Assembly: GCA_051294375.1 (NCBI GenBank)
Contig: CM119269.1
Location: 17,284,265 to 17,348,264 of the forward strand
Direction of reading: 5' to 3'
DNA: 64,000 bases
Source: Paraspadella gotoi
Taxonomy: Eukaryota; Animalia; Chaetognatha
The position numbers and the translations under genes are program-made. Below, piece by piece: positions 49,632-61,709 of the stretch (its first letter is position 1; every line of letters starts with the position of its first letter). The notes under the pieces were generated by a model. That model searched no databases, was not told the DNA's origin, and saw nothing but the letters and a program-made list of their open reading frames with translations.

Positions 49632-51276
49632 TAATCTCATAAGATCTTGGAGAACCTCTTAATTAGTTATTTATTTGTTGTCGTCGGCATTCAATTAATG
49701 AACTGGTTTTTTTGTTTCTTTAAATTTTACTTAAATGTTTTATTATTTTGTAAATTGAACTTTTCAAGGGAACTTTATTTGTTTATATAACCGTTAAAAA
49801 CCTACGTGTTCATCAATCCTTCGTGGAAATAAGCGTCTTGAATGCTCTAATTTATTATGGGATTCAGTTTTTGGCTTTTTTTTCCGTTTTTTTTTTCTTC
49901 ATTGGGAAATGAGATCCGGATTCAGTTGATTATAAGCGTTGTGGCCCATATTATCCTGTAAAGAGAACGAATGCGGTTGCGTTTCAGGAAACCGTCGAGG
50001 TCATTTACCTCAATCCAGTTCTTATGGAGAGCTAATACGCGGGCTAAGTTTTATGCTTGCTTGGATTATATTCTTTTGTCGCTTCTCTTCGTAGGTGTCA
50101 TTTTGAAATCATTTTTAAAATGTTAAAAATATATGTAAAATTTTACTATCACCGACAGGGGTTTCGGCGTGTTTTGAAAAATTATTAATTTACCCTAACC
50201 CAAAACCCTCACCACCCTTAATCCTAAAACCCCCCTAAACCCGGTCGGCGAAAGTAAAATTATGCTAAAAATAACTTTTTCACCCTTAAAAGCTTTTAGA
50301 ATATTATAATTTTAGAATTTTGGTTTAAACTAAAATTTATAATCGTTCTGCTTACGTAAGAACTGGCTTGAGATTTTATTTTCACTTCAGTTTTGTTCCC
50401 TTTCAAGTTTAATTAACAAAAAAATATTTAAATTTTTATGCCAAAATGATATATTACAACCAGTTCATTAAGTGAATTGACATCATGTATGTATGTATTA
50501 GACCAATGAGTAATCTTTTATAATTCAGGAATCCAACTCTTTTGAAAAAGTTTTGAAAGCCCTTTTAAAGTTTGACGTTCTAAAAATTGACTACACGGTA
50601 TCAGTCAGCGTTTTCACTCGATAAAATAGGCTGAAGTGCTTGGCGCTACATGTAGTTTTACAAACTCGTTAAAGATCAGATGCATTTGTGATACCTTATA
50701 TAGATTAAAATTTATGAAAAGTAGAATTGAATCTGATTTATAAATAAGTGTTTGTATATTGATTCAAATATTTAAATATAAACAATATAAAAATTATTCA
50801 TTTATTCAATTTAAATAACTTGCATCCTGACTTGGACAGGCTATGATTGGTTATGTCCGGTTATGGCCACAAATTCCATCATTCTTAAAAGTTAATGGTG
50901 CAAAAAATATTTCTTATTTTTAAGGTAATAATTTTCATTTAATATGCGGAAAAATAATTATTAATAACTTATGGTAAACAAGACAGACCGACAAAAAGCA
51001 GAACCCGCGACAAAAAATTAACAATAATTAAAACTTAATCTCTAATTAAAAGCTAGAGATATATTCGAACAAGCCTTTGGTGTTGACGTTGGCGAATAAA
51101 AATGGAGAAGCGTGATGACAAGTTCTACCGTCTCTTGTATTGGAAGCTATGGAGAAATTAGTTATATTAAACAAGATAAAATGAAAGAACGGAGCGAAAT
51201 CAGTGAATAAGCGTTTGTTCTTTGAAATCCTTGCAATTATATACGTAATATTAAGACTCGTAATATTTTATATACA

Positions 51277-51930
51277 CAGAAGGCTTTAGATATTTTATAT
51301 ATACAGAGGTGGTTTATGTGACCAGAATCTGTTCCGAAAAAACTACTTGGCCAAAGTCATTGAAATTTTGTATTAACAATCCCTATGAATACAAATACTT
51401 TGAAATTCTCCTCAATAGTTCTATTTGTAATGTTTGACCCCTGAGCCGAGATATGAGTCCCCCTGGGGGAGCAAAACCTGGCCAAATTTTTTTTTTTAAA
51501 TTATTTTTGTTTCGAACAGTTGCGCAGACGTTTACTCTTCCATAAAAACGTATTTATTACCACAAAAATATTACTTTACCTTAATTTTCAGCTTCATAAA
51601 CATCAGCGGTTCAAGTCGGATTTGGAATAATCTTCAAATAATGCTTAATTATAAAATATAGAACTTAAATTGATAAATTCTCAATAGGTTTAAGACGTCA
51701 ATGCACCTGATGCTACTAATTTTTTTTAAAAAATGTAAAAAAGAATTTTGGCCCCCAGGGCCCTGTTTCTCTTGTCAGAGGTTGAATAACCAAATTCGCA
51801 TCAATAGTTCTATTTATATCGTCATTAGGACTAAGTAAAATATCATGAAATTCGATCGGGTAGTTTGATGGGAACAGATTCTACTCACAAACAAAAAACC
51901 ACCCTTATTTTATAATATGAAGCCTTCTGT
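51277..51930. mobile_element. MITE with long imperfect TIRs
   Basis: ACAGAAGGCTT..GGTGGTTT..AGAATCTGTTCC versus GGAACAGATTCT..AAACCACC..AAGCCTTCTGT. Confidence 0.65.
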
Positions 51931-52494
51931 AATAAAATTTTAATAACAATAAAATGTAAATGGTGAAAGGATAAAAATGAATTGGGTGTTTAAAACCAAA
52001 TCTAGGTTTCTTGCATATTGATTTCTCACCGAGGAACGTCACTTCAAGTCAAAGTTCTTTTATAGTGGTTCGGTATTTATATAGTAACCAAAAATCGAGC
52101 ACCGTCACAAAAAAAATAAGTTACCGGCTAAATTCGTGACAGTTCATCATCGTATATCATTTCGTTTTTCCGCAACTATCACTTTTCGATCGGTCGTTCG
52201 GCCTATTTGTCTACCATTTGTTTTAAATACTCAAATAATATTTTTTCATTTTGATAAATACATAGTAATTAGGTAATATACAATATTTATTTATATTCAT
52301 ATATATGTAATTACTCGATCGTTTTAAAATAAATACCTAAGGTATTGCGCCACAATCTTTAAAAATTTTAGTTTTCCATTGTCAGCAGTGAAAATTAGTT
52401 ATTTCACCCCGGCTGTTGCTACTGTCACACATGTAAGAGAGCTAAAAAATATAATATAATATATCTAACATTTATGTATCTATCAATTATTTTT

Positions 52495-52860
52495 TTAGCC
52501 GGATCTGCTTACAGATCTCGGCTCTATAATTCACTTTGTCGGTCCCATCCCAAAAGCTTGTCGGTATGATTGTCAGTACATCGAATTATAAATTATGCCA
52601 AAAAAAAAGATGTCCTTCCGTCCATCCCCGCTTAGCTTTGAAGGCCAATTACTCGTGAGTATATGGGACGATTGACTTGAAATTTTGTATGTCGGTAGGA
52701 AAGTGTGTGATTGAGCTGAAAATTAAGTTTCGATGGAATCGTCTGAGTGGAAATGAGTTTAAATGAAAAAAATTAAATTATTTTTCTTTTTATATTAAAT
52801 GTATTAATTAATCAAATCAATTAATTATTCAATCAGTAAAATTTATATTAATTAATCAAT
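52495..52860 (+). mobile_element. HINE family 2 copy
   Basis: GATCTGCTTACAGATC, CTCTATAATTCACTTTGTCGG and GATGGAATCGTCTGAGTGGAAATGAG shared with 28922. Confidence 0.65.
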
Positions 52861-54213
52861 TTATTTTTCAATTAATTATGCAATCAATCAATCGTTATCG
52901 GCATTATTGTCGTCGTCGCTGCTTTTATTGGGGTCAGTGACGAAAAGACCTAAAAACTAATGTTAGATGTAATTAAATAATTAACTAATTAATTACCGCT
53001 AATGATCGTGGGCAGACTCGGCATTGTTTGCTCAAACTTGTTTTCTCAACCGCTGAAACTCAGAAGTTGTAAAGGCTTCAAAAAAACGGTGATTTCCTTG
53101 ATTCGCACGGTACTGTAATTGAAGTGATCTCACCTTTGACTTTATTTTTTTCCCATGAATTTTGATTCATGAAATATTTTGGACTTTGTTGCAAGTTTAT
53201 TAATTTTTAGTATTTCTTTTTCTTACAGATTTTTAAAGCTTTTTAAGTCGAATTTCAAGGTTGTAAATCTATTTTTGTTAATTATGTTAGACAGGTTGTT
53301 CAAGATATGGAAAAATTAACATTTTATTTGAAAAAAAATTTGTCCAGTACATAAAAATGATCTTTGACCTAAAATTTCGTCACCAAGGTGGAAAATTCAG
53401 ATTGAATTTAAATATAATAAAATATTTATTTTTCAATTTAATTTCTAGAGCTTAAGCACAGAAAATAGGGAGACAAAAAAAGACACAAAATTGATACCTG
53501 AAGTAAATTTAATTCATTTGTTCAAACTATTTTAAACTTTTAAATAACCGCTTGAAAATTTTGGGATTATTGATTTTTTGGGGGGGGATTGATTTTTTTT
53601 GCCCCACATTCCATGCGCAACGAGTTTTGACTTTATTTAAAAGGTATACCTAATTATTAGGCTAATCTGAGAGAGTTTCTGCCAAGGCAAATGACTAAAT
53701 GAATGACAAAGTGAATAAATACTATCAACCACGCTATCCTACAAAGAATTAGGATTATATAAAACAAATCTTCTCGCTTTATCGACAAGACATGAATAAA
53801 AACAATAGGTAGGTTCTTTTATGTACAATATGCACTAATTAATTACAAAACAACTTCTTTGCTACATAATCTCGAATAACAAAAAAAATTTATATACTGG
53901 TAAAGTTAATGAAAATATAACTATCACTGATTAATATCCGCTAATTGATATTTTTTTAATAAAAAGCCTAACCAATTCATGAGAAAATCTGCAATGAAAC
54001 CTTAGTCTAGACACTCGAGCGGAAAGACAAAAAAAATTGCTCGGCACAGGTACTGAGAGGGAGAAAATCGAAAATAAATCCAGAGGATCACCCCCTGTTG
54101 ACAATAAAAACACAAAAAAAGTCAATTGGAAAGGGGAACGATCAAGGAAATTTACGAGGAAATTAATGAGTGAAAATTGCGTGAAACCTAGAAAAAAAAT
54201 AACCTCTCTAATC

Positions 54214-57200
54214 CTAACGATGGCGTCGTTTGGAACCGGATCGGTGATCATCCTCGTAACGATCATAGTTTCTCTCGTCGTATCGCTCGTCATGATATCG
54301 GCGACTACCGCTTGAACCACCGCCTCTGGTGCCACCGCCGTCGCGATGATGACCTTGCGAGTAATGTTCTTCATAGTAGGACCGGTAATAATTGTCGCAG
54401 ATTTCGCTATAGCGTCTCGTAGCATCGACCCTGTCGCCATCTTCTCCTCCCCTGCCGCCGCGAAGCTTCGAACTGTTGAATAGAGGGAGAAGTAGGTAAG
54501 CCTTAAGTGAAAAACTATAAACCATTGTTTCAGAAAACCTTCGTTCTTAAGTCTTTAGTTTTAAAGCCTCCCCCCTCCCGCACCTCTCCACCGTCGACGC
54601 CGAAAGACGACGCCACACGCTTCTTTTTTCCTCCTCCGGATTTTTAGTTCCGGCCGAGGATCGTGACGTTCCCCCTTCGTTACTGCGAGTAAGAGGAGGC
54701 TCATAACCTGCTTTCGTGATTCAGGTAACTTGGGACTTACCTTTCTTTGTGAGATCTCGTGGAATCACTAAAGACGTCCTCCTTCGAGGTGCGATGCTCT
54801 CCAGCTTCCTTGTCCGAGGACGTGGAGTGGTGCCGTCGCTCGGAGGATGACGACGACTCATGAGATCGACTCGCTGGTGGTGACATAAGAAAAAAATATT
54901 TACACCCGATCTAATTTTTTAAAAAATATCTACCAAGTCAGTTAAACAGGGAGGTCCAGCTCTTTTTGGACTAGTACAGCACAGAAACTGTTATAATGAT
55001 AGCTAGGTTAATGATAGCTAGGTTAATTTCTCTTTCAATCGTCAAATGACGCGGCAACTCCTGTAATTATTGGATTTTGCATAGCTTTTTGCGCCGGTTC
55101 CTTACAAAATTTTTGGCAAAATTCAAAATGATGGATGGTAACTTCTGACCGCGCAGTTTTTCTCACTGCAATCCCATTGATTAATGAAAATATAGGATGG
55201 AAAAGCAGAATGTCCCACGCATCCTCTCTATAACTTAACTTTCTGACAATAAAAATAATGATTAAACTGATAGCATTCCCAATTGGTTAGGTCGCAAAAG
55301 CATATGCCGACTTCTCTGAACCCTTGGAGAAGGTTATGGTTGTCTAAAATGAATTTTTTTAATAGATTGTATTATCATTACCACTCTTTACTTGCTCACC
55401 AATTTTTAAATCATAATTCGATTATTTATCCTTCCAAAAGAATTTTTTAATTTAGTCCCAAAAGGTCTGGACCTCCCAGTATAAAAGTGTATATATATTT
55501 TTTTTTAAAAAAGGCACAGGAAGGGAGGAGAAAAATGTCTTAAGTCCTAATTCTTCAAAGGCGACATTAACTTTACTAGTTACCTCCTGGCGGCGGCCGA
55601 ACGATTGACAGTCTTTTCTTTTTCTTTGTTTCGCTTTTTGCGGCCTCCGACTTCTCCGTCGATCTCATGTCAACGTCGCTTGTAGGACCCGCATTGTTGC
55701 CCTCCGACTTCGAGTCATTAGTCGGCGTAGAGCTACGATACAAGAATTTAGTAATTTAAGATTTTAAAGTTGGCAGTCGCCTTCGCCAATAGTCGAGAGT
55801 TAGGATCCCAAAGTCGTTCTGAAAAGGTTACCCCTTCGTCGGCGTCCGATCTCTTATGTTGTCCTTCCGACGAAAATCGACATCTTTTCCCGATGATCGA
55901 GGATCAACGTCCGTGTCTCTCATGTCAATATCGCCTACGAGAAAGTCATCCACAAATAAAATGAAAAAGATGGTATTGAGAATGAGAATATCTCACCACC
56001 AGTCTCTGAGTCTTTGTCGGCGGCCAAAGACAAAGGCGGACTTTTTGTCGGCTTAGGCGGCAAACTTATTCCACTAATGACGTTGACCATGGGCGACGGG
56101 TCGTTTTTAGGAGCTTTCACGCTCTTTTCCTTAGAGTGAGAGATAAAGATTAGATCCTGACTGGAAATATTCTTCGTACCACCGAAGAAATTACCTTGAG
56201 TCGCCGAAGAAAGTCGTCCTGAGCCTTAAACAAAACCTCGTCGGACTTGTCGTATTTGGTTTCCGTCGGAACAGCAAGAGGAGTTATCGCCACCAGTCCC
56301 GCGTTCGCCATGGGAGGTGGAACCGTCTGTGGTGAGAGAAGCGATGGGGCCAGCGACGTAGACAAATGCGGCGCGGTGAGATTGCTGGCCGCTTGAGAAG
56401 AGGGCGGAATTTTGGGAGCAACTGGGATTTGTGGCATTGGCGCTTGAAAAATAGATTTCGAATCGAATTGGTTATACAATTAAACTTCATTTTGAGAGGA
56501 CGACGAGAAAGGTCTTACTCGGGGCAGGAGTTCCTTGAGCTGTTGGTAGCGCCTGTTGCTGAGAAATCGTCGGAGTGTTGAGACTCAAAAACGCCGGCAG
56601 CGGAGGCGGAGGAGGCAAGGGAGGGATGTTAGGATCGTCCACTGTTTTTAAAGGGAAAAATGCAAAATTTGAAAATAAAGTAATCTTGAGGGGTATTGAA
56701 GGCGTGACGAAATAGAGGGAAAATAATATATTTCGCAAAGAGTAGAAACTAGAGAATGTATCGCTAAACAAAATATACCAAGGGGCAGGAGGAGAGGAGG
56801 AAAGAAGAGGAGAATGGAACGGCAAGCTAAATACTCCTCTGGTAATGATCAACGCATCAAGATTTAATTTGTTCTTACGTGATTGAAATGCAATTGGTGG
56901 CTTCGGCTGCCGAGGAGGGGGTGTGTTTGCGATTCCACTAGCAGGGACTGAAACATAACATTGTTATAACACACAGGAACGAGAAATCTTTAAAAAAAAA
57001 TTGTAACTCGAAAGATTCTAAACAGAATAAATAAAAACATGGCGTAAGAACAACCATAAAAGTTTAAAACACATAGTTAAACGTGCTCAACAAGGGTTCA
57101 AAATTAAAATCCAACGCCTGTTTGATCTTACTTTTATCTTATCCATGTTTTTAGATCATCACCTCTGACAGGAGTCGTTAGTCGAGAGTTAAACATAGCT

Positions 57201-60200
57201 ATGGACGGCGGAGGTGTTGGAGGCACCGGTGCTCCCGGCGGCACATTGGCGCCGATAAAAGGAACTCGGACGTTGGGCGAAAATGGGTCCGTACTCGGTG
57301 TTCCTAGACGAAAATGTTTTGTTAATATTTATATTTAAAAAGGAATTATTTTCGGTGATACGCACCATTGTCATTATTTCTTGTCGTATTCAAAGGCTTC
57401 CTATCATCTTCATTCTGTAAAAAAAAATAATTTTCATATCTTTCGGAATCTGCTAAGTGTTGCATAGCAATGTTCTACTAAATTACCAGAGATCCAAGAC
57501 CAGGAATTTCCACAGGTCTTCCCGAAGGATTTGCTGTAAGTAAAATAGAAATGAATCAACCCTCACGAACATCTTAAGTTACTGATAACGATCAATGATA
57601 ATCGGAATTAGTTACTCGGAGTTCCATTGAATGAAGGCGAGGAGCGATGCTGCTTTTGCGAAGGCTCCTCGCTCTCTTCCCCATCTTCCAACGTCTCTCG
57701 TGAAGGCGAATCTCGAGAGGAATCGTGAGGCCCTAAATGATAAAAAAAAATCAGGGCTTAAAAGATATACCGCTTCAAACCGAAAACTTCCGTATCGCTT
57801 TCTACTGTAGCGAAGAATTATCCCGCTTACTTTTGACGGCTTTACTCGATGCGGTTTCATTGTCCGATCCTTCGGCGCTGCGCCTTCCTCGCTCATCTCC
57901 GCTGCCCACGGAACACCCGTCATCCTCTCGCCCTTCGCTTAGCCCGCCGAAGAGACTCATCATCGTCTCTCCTTCAAATTTTAGGAGGTCAGATTTAAAA
58001 TTTGGGATGGTTTCTTGAGAAGTTCACCAACTTACCTCCTTTAGCAGTGAGGGCAGCGAGTCTCTTGTCGAGTGCCGAAGGTCCCTGACGTCCTCCGTCG
58101 ACGCCCCCACGTCCAGGCGACGAATTGGCCGACGAACTCCGAGTGTCCGTTTTGTAGCTCGTATTCAAAAAAGATGCCACAGCTGAAAACGAAAAATAAC
58201 CGTTTTACATTTCATGCCACTAATAAAAAACTGTTCCCACAACCTTAACAGTTTTGTTACCGGGATGTTGAGGCCGGGGCACGACTGGGGGACTCGAACG
58301 TCGAGTCGAATCGTTTTCGGTATCCTCCGAACTTTTTTTCTTTTTTTTCCTTTGACTAGGCGTTGCTTGTGGACTATTCTCAAGTTCCTGTGAAGGTTGA
58401 AAAACGCCCGAATAGTCAGTGGGTCATATTTTAAGTTGGAAGCAGGAAAAAGATATGTAGATATTAGATTCAAAACCATGCTACACTCAAATATCGACCA
58501 TACCTTCTCCAAAAGTGCATCAACATCGAAAGAAGAATTAGACTCTTCTCCATCAGAGGCGATTTCCGTCGTTTTAATCTTCTCAAGCGCTGCATAAACA
58601 GATAATTAGTTTAAATTTTAAATTAAGCAACACAGAGCTACATGCAAATCCATGACTAACGAGAAGACTTTTCCGCTTCGAAAACAAGACTGGGTTCTTG
58701 CCCCTCTCCGTCCGACAAATCCATGTGTTCGTCCATAATATGATCCTTAGTCAAGTCAGGCGGTGGAGTATTTCCTGGCGAAGGTGCATCGTACCTGGAA
58801 TACAAATAGTTGGGACAATGTTTGAGTTTGACCCATTGATAGTGACAAAGGCTCTTACTCTGGGGAAAGCGGCACAGGCTCGGGTTCCGTGGGATCAGGA
58901 AGGACCTTTATGAACTCGGTTAACCTTTTCCTCAAATTGTTCACGCGAATGCTAAAGTTCTTATACGCCTGTTGAGAAATAGATCAGTCAAAGAATTCTT
59001 TAAATTTATTTTGAATAACAATTTTATAAGTCTTTTAACATACATTGGCCACTATTTTCGCTTCACCATACTGATGCTCGTAGTAAATCTCGCTCTGAGC
59101 AAGCCTGTCTTGAACGTCTTTTTGAAGAGTGATTTGTTCGGCCAAGGATTTGACGTAGTCTTCGAGCTTACTGCACGCGTCTTCAAAATCGTTACAGTGC
59201 TTTGTTCCGTGCATTCGATCTAATTCGAAAAAATGACAATAAAAAATAGTACCATGCCGCCTTAAAGCATTTTCTTGCCTTTGATTTGTTGAATAGCTTC
59301 GGGTGACGAGACATCCACCTTAACGAGCTTCAACTGTTTCAGTTTATTCTCGTTTTCCGACTGTCTCTTCATGATGTCCTTGATCTTGTCCGTCATCTCC
59401 GATGGTTTGAATCGTTCCACGATTTTCGCGTTTTGCGCTGCTTGAAGTTTTTGTTTGTCCAAGGAGTCCCGAAGATCCTGAATGTAGTCGTCTTCGAAAA
59501 CTTCGCGTTCTCCCCAAACCTAAGCGCGTACATAAGGATACGTTATGGCAACGGGGGGACATGTGTGATGCTTGGGGTGTGAGGCATCTCCTGACAGCTG
59601 GCGCTCAGGGCTTTGGACCTGCAGTGACAACCCCATGTCACTGGGGTGTTTATGCCTACACCATCACTTTAACCAGCGTGACCGTGAGGGGATTGAACCC
59701 GGAACTCAGTTGGTGAACGAGTAATTAGCTGTCCAAGCCAATGGGGTGAGCTGAGTTTCACCAAGCTATACGGAAGGGGAATTTAGGATTCGCCACACAT
59801 GCCCCCCCAAGACAGCACACTGGGGTTCTCAAGCCCAGAGTGACTGTCTTGGCTGTCTCGGAGTGGGATGCATACCCTTAAGCAACAACGTGAGCGACTG
59901 TATGCAGCGGTTACGTGTTCGATAGTAGGGCTCACTACTTATGGCAATGGGGTGACATGTGTGATGCTTGGAGTGAGGCATCTCCCGACAGCTGGCGCTC
60001 AGGGCTTTGGACCTGCAGTGACCACCCCATGTCACTGGCGTGTTTTAACCAGCGTGACCGTGAGGGGATTGAACCCAGAACTCACGGTTGGTGAACAAGT
60101 ACTTAGATGTCCAAGCCAATGGGACAAGCTGAGTTTCACCAAGCTATAAGAGAGGCGAATTTAGGATTCGCCACGTCTTCTTTCGTCCACTTGAATACAA

Positions 60201-60677
60201 GCAACACCACTTCATACCTCCAGGACTCTTTGGACGTTGTTGAGAATGCCGTCGTCTCGTAAGAAGCCGATGATGTCCGAAATGCCGGACCTCAGGCTTT
60301 CGTACAAATCATTCAGTTTCTTGCGTTTAGCATACTGTACTACGTCGTTAGCAACATAGAACAGCGTCAATCGATGCTTAGGCTGACCTGGATTATCGAT
60401 ATTGAAACGAAAATTAAAATATTATTATTACTGTCACATCTTTTTGCCGTTGAATCTTACTTTTCTTGATTATTTTTTTCCACAAATTCACGATGCGTTC
60501 GTGATGTCCTTTGTGGGTCATTATCCACATTGAAAGCGCTGGAAATACGAATTTAGTTTAGCTACGAATATTATATTAATCAATCATATTTTATTTACCT
60601 TGGATGCCTTGTTGAGTTGGTTCCACATGGTACAACCGTCTTTCTAATCCCGCTTCGTTCAGTTTAACTGAAGACAT
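54214..60677 (-). CDS. RPRD2: Regulation of nuclear pre-mRNA domain-containing protein 2-like (CID + CREPT coiled coil + Pro/Ser/Arg-rich tail)
   Basis: ATG at 60677; CID TQQGIQALSMWIM..HRLTLFYVANDVVQYAKRKK..VQRVLEVWGEREVF; coiled coil FEDACSKLEDYV..IYYEHQYGEAKIVANAYKNF; about 22 exons. The middle and late low-complexity exons are less certain; stop at 54214. Confidence 0.85.
54947..55479. mobile_element. MITE (Tc1/mariner-like ends) in RPRD2 intron
   Basis: CAGGGAGGTCCAGCTCTTTTTGGACTA ... TAGTCCCAAAAGGTCTGGACCTCCCAG|TA. Confidence 0.7.
59544..60175 (-). mobile_element. TRIM-like miniature LTR element, locus 2 (repeats 60175-59940 and 59797-59544)
   Basis: Two highly similar direct repeats. 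On the minus strand: (T)GTGGCG...TTGCCATA, then AG-TAGTGAGCCCTACTA after the first repeat, a ~140-bp spacer, TCTTGGGGGGGCATG before the second repeat, and ACG(T) at both flanks. Confidence 0.6.
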
Positions 60678-61022
60678 TTTGCGGAGTCAAAATTGTCCGA
60701 ACGTTCAGAGTTCCATTTGGACTCTGTATGAATGTTCTTTTAATCTAAAAAAGTTTTCTAATAAAACATTTTAACTAAAAAAAGTTTAAGGAATAATTTT
60801 TCTTAACCTATAATGTTTTTTTAACTTAAGAGGGAAGGAATCATTCAGGCTCATCTATATAGGACAAAGAATTTTATATTAATAATTAAAATAAGTCAAG
60901 AATAAATAATGAATAAAATAGTGCATAAAAACTTTAAAAATTCTGGTTCTACAGAAAATGATAAATGAGTAAAATGATAACATTCAATGATTCATGAAAC
61001 ATAGACTTAAGATTCCAATCTG

Positions 61023-61499
61023 TCAAAGGTTTGACCAAGTTCCTCCAATTGAAATTGGGATTGCTTTAAGTTCTGTTTTCATACAAAGGTATTCACCGAG
61101 CACAGTCATTAGAGCGACGCAGATAAGTTGAGCGCCCCACCACGTAATAGAAGTGGGAAGTGCGCCAGCGTAGAAGAAACAAATAATTGCGTGGAAGAAG
61201 TGAGCGGTTATAGCAAAGTCCAAACATTGTTTCGTACGTTCCACCACGTACCAAAGCCCCAGGGAACATGTTAACGCATTTAGGACGAGAGCCACGACAA
61301 ATAGTCGTCCTTGCGTTGTGCCAATCGCCATGAACTGAGACAAAAACATCTGATCCAAGGATCTTGGAACATTGACAATAATATCCGAAACAGAAACCCA
61401 GATTCCCATTGAGAAGTAAAAGATGCATTGCATGGTGACTATCTGGGCCACGATCATGACTGGATCCCATATGAAAGATCGAAACTGATTGGAGCTCAT
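61023..61499 (-). CDS. SYS1: Golgi integral membrane protein SYS1 (single coding exon)
   Basis: FRSFIWDPVMIVAQIVTMQCIFY, VERTKQCLDFAITAHFFH, MTVLGEYLCMKTELKAIP. Confidence 0.96.
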   Translation of the reverse strand: MSSNQFRSFIWDPVMIVAQIVTMQCIFYFSMGIWVSVSDIIVNVPRSLDQMFLSQFMAIGTTQGRLFVVALVLNALTCSLGLWYVVERTKQCLDFAITAHFFHAIICFFYAGALPTSITWWGAQLICVALMTVLGEYLCMKTELKAIPISIGGTWSNL

Positions 61500-61709
61500 G
61501 GTGATTAAAGATTTGAGCCAATTCGGTTGATGTTAACGAAGCAGTTAAAACTATGTTATTTGTTTTCGTTGTTGATCACGCGCTACAATTAATTCCATAA
61601 TGATATTAAATCCGTGATTTCACTAGGTAATGGCACGCCAGGGCAAACATTTGTTAACATTTCCAAGGAACTAAAGGGAAAAAAATTAAAATATTAAATC
61701 AAGCGAAAG

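Noticed and set aside
57164-57178. TGACAGGAGTCGT match to the hairpin of the 41480 family
   Set aside because: Lies within an RPRD2 coding exon with no flanking similarity; likely chance.
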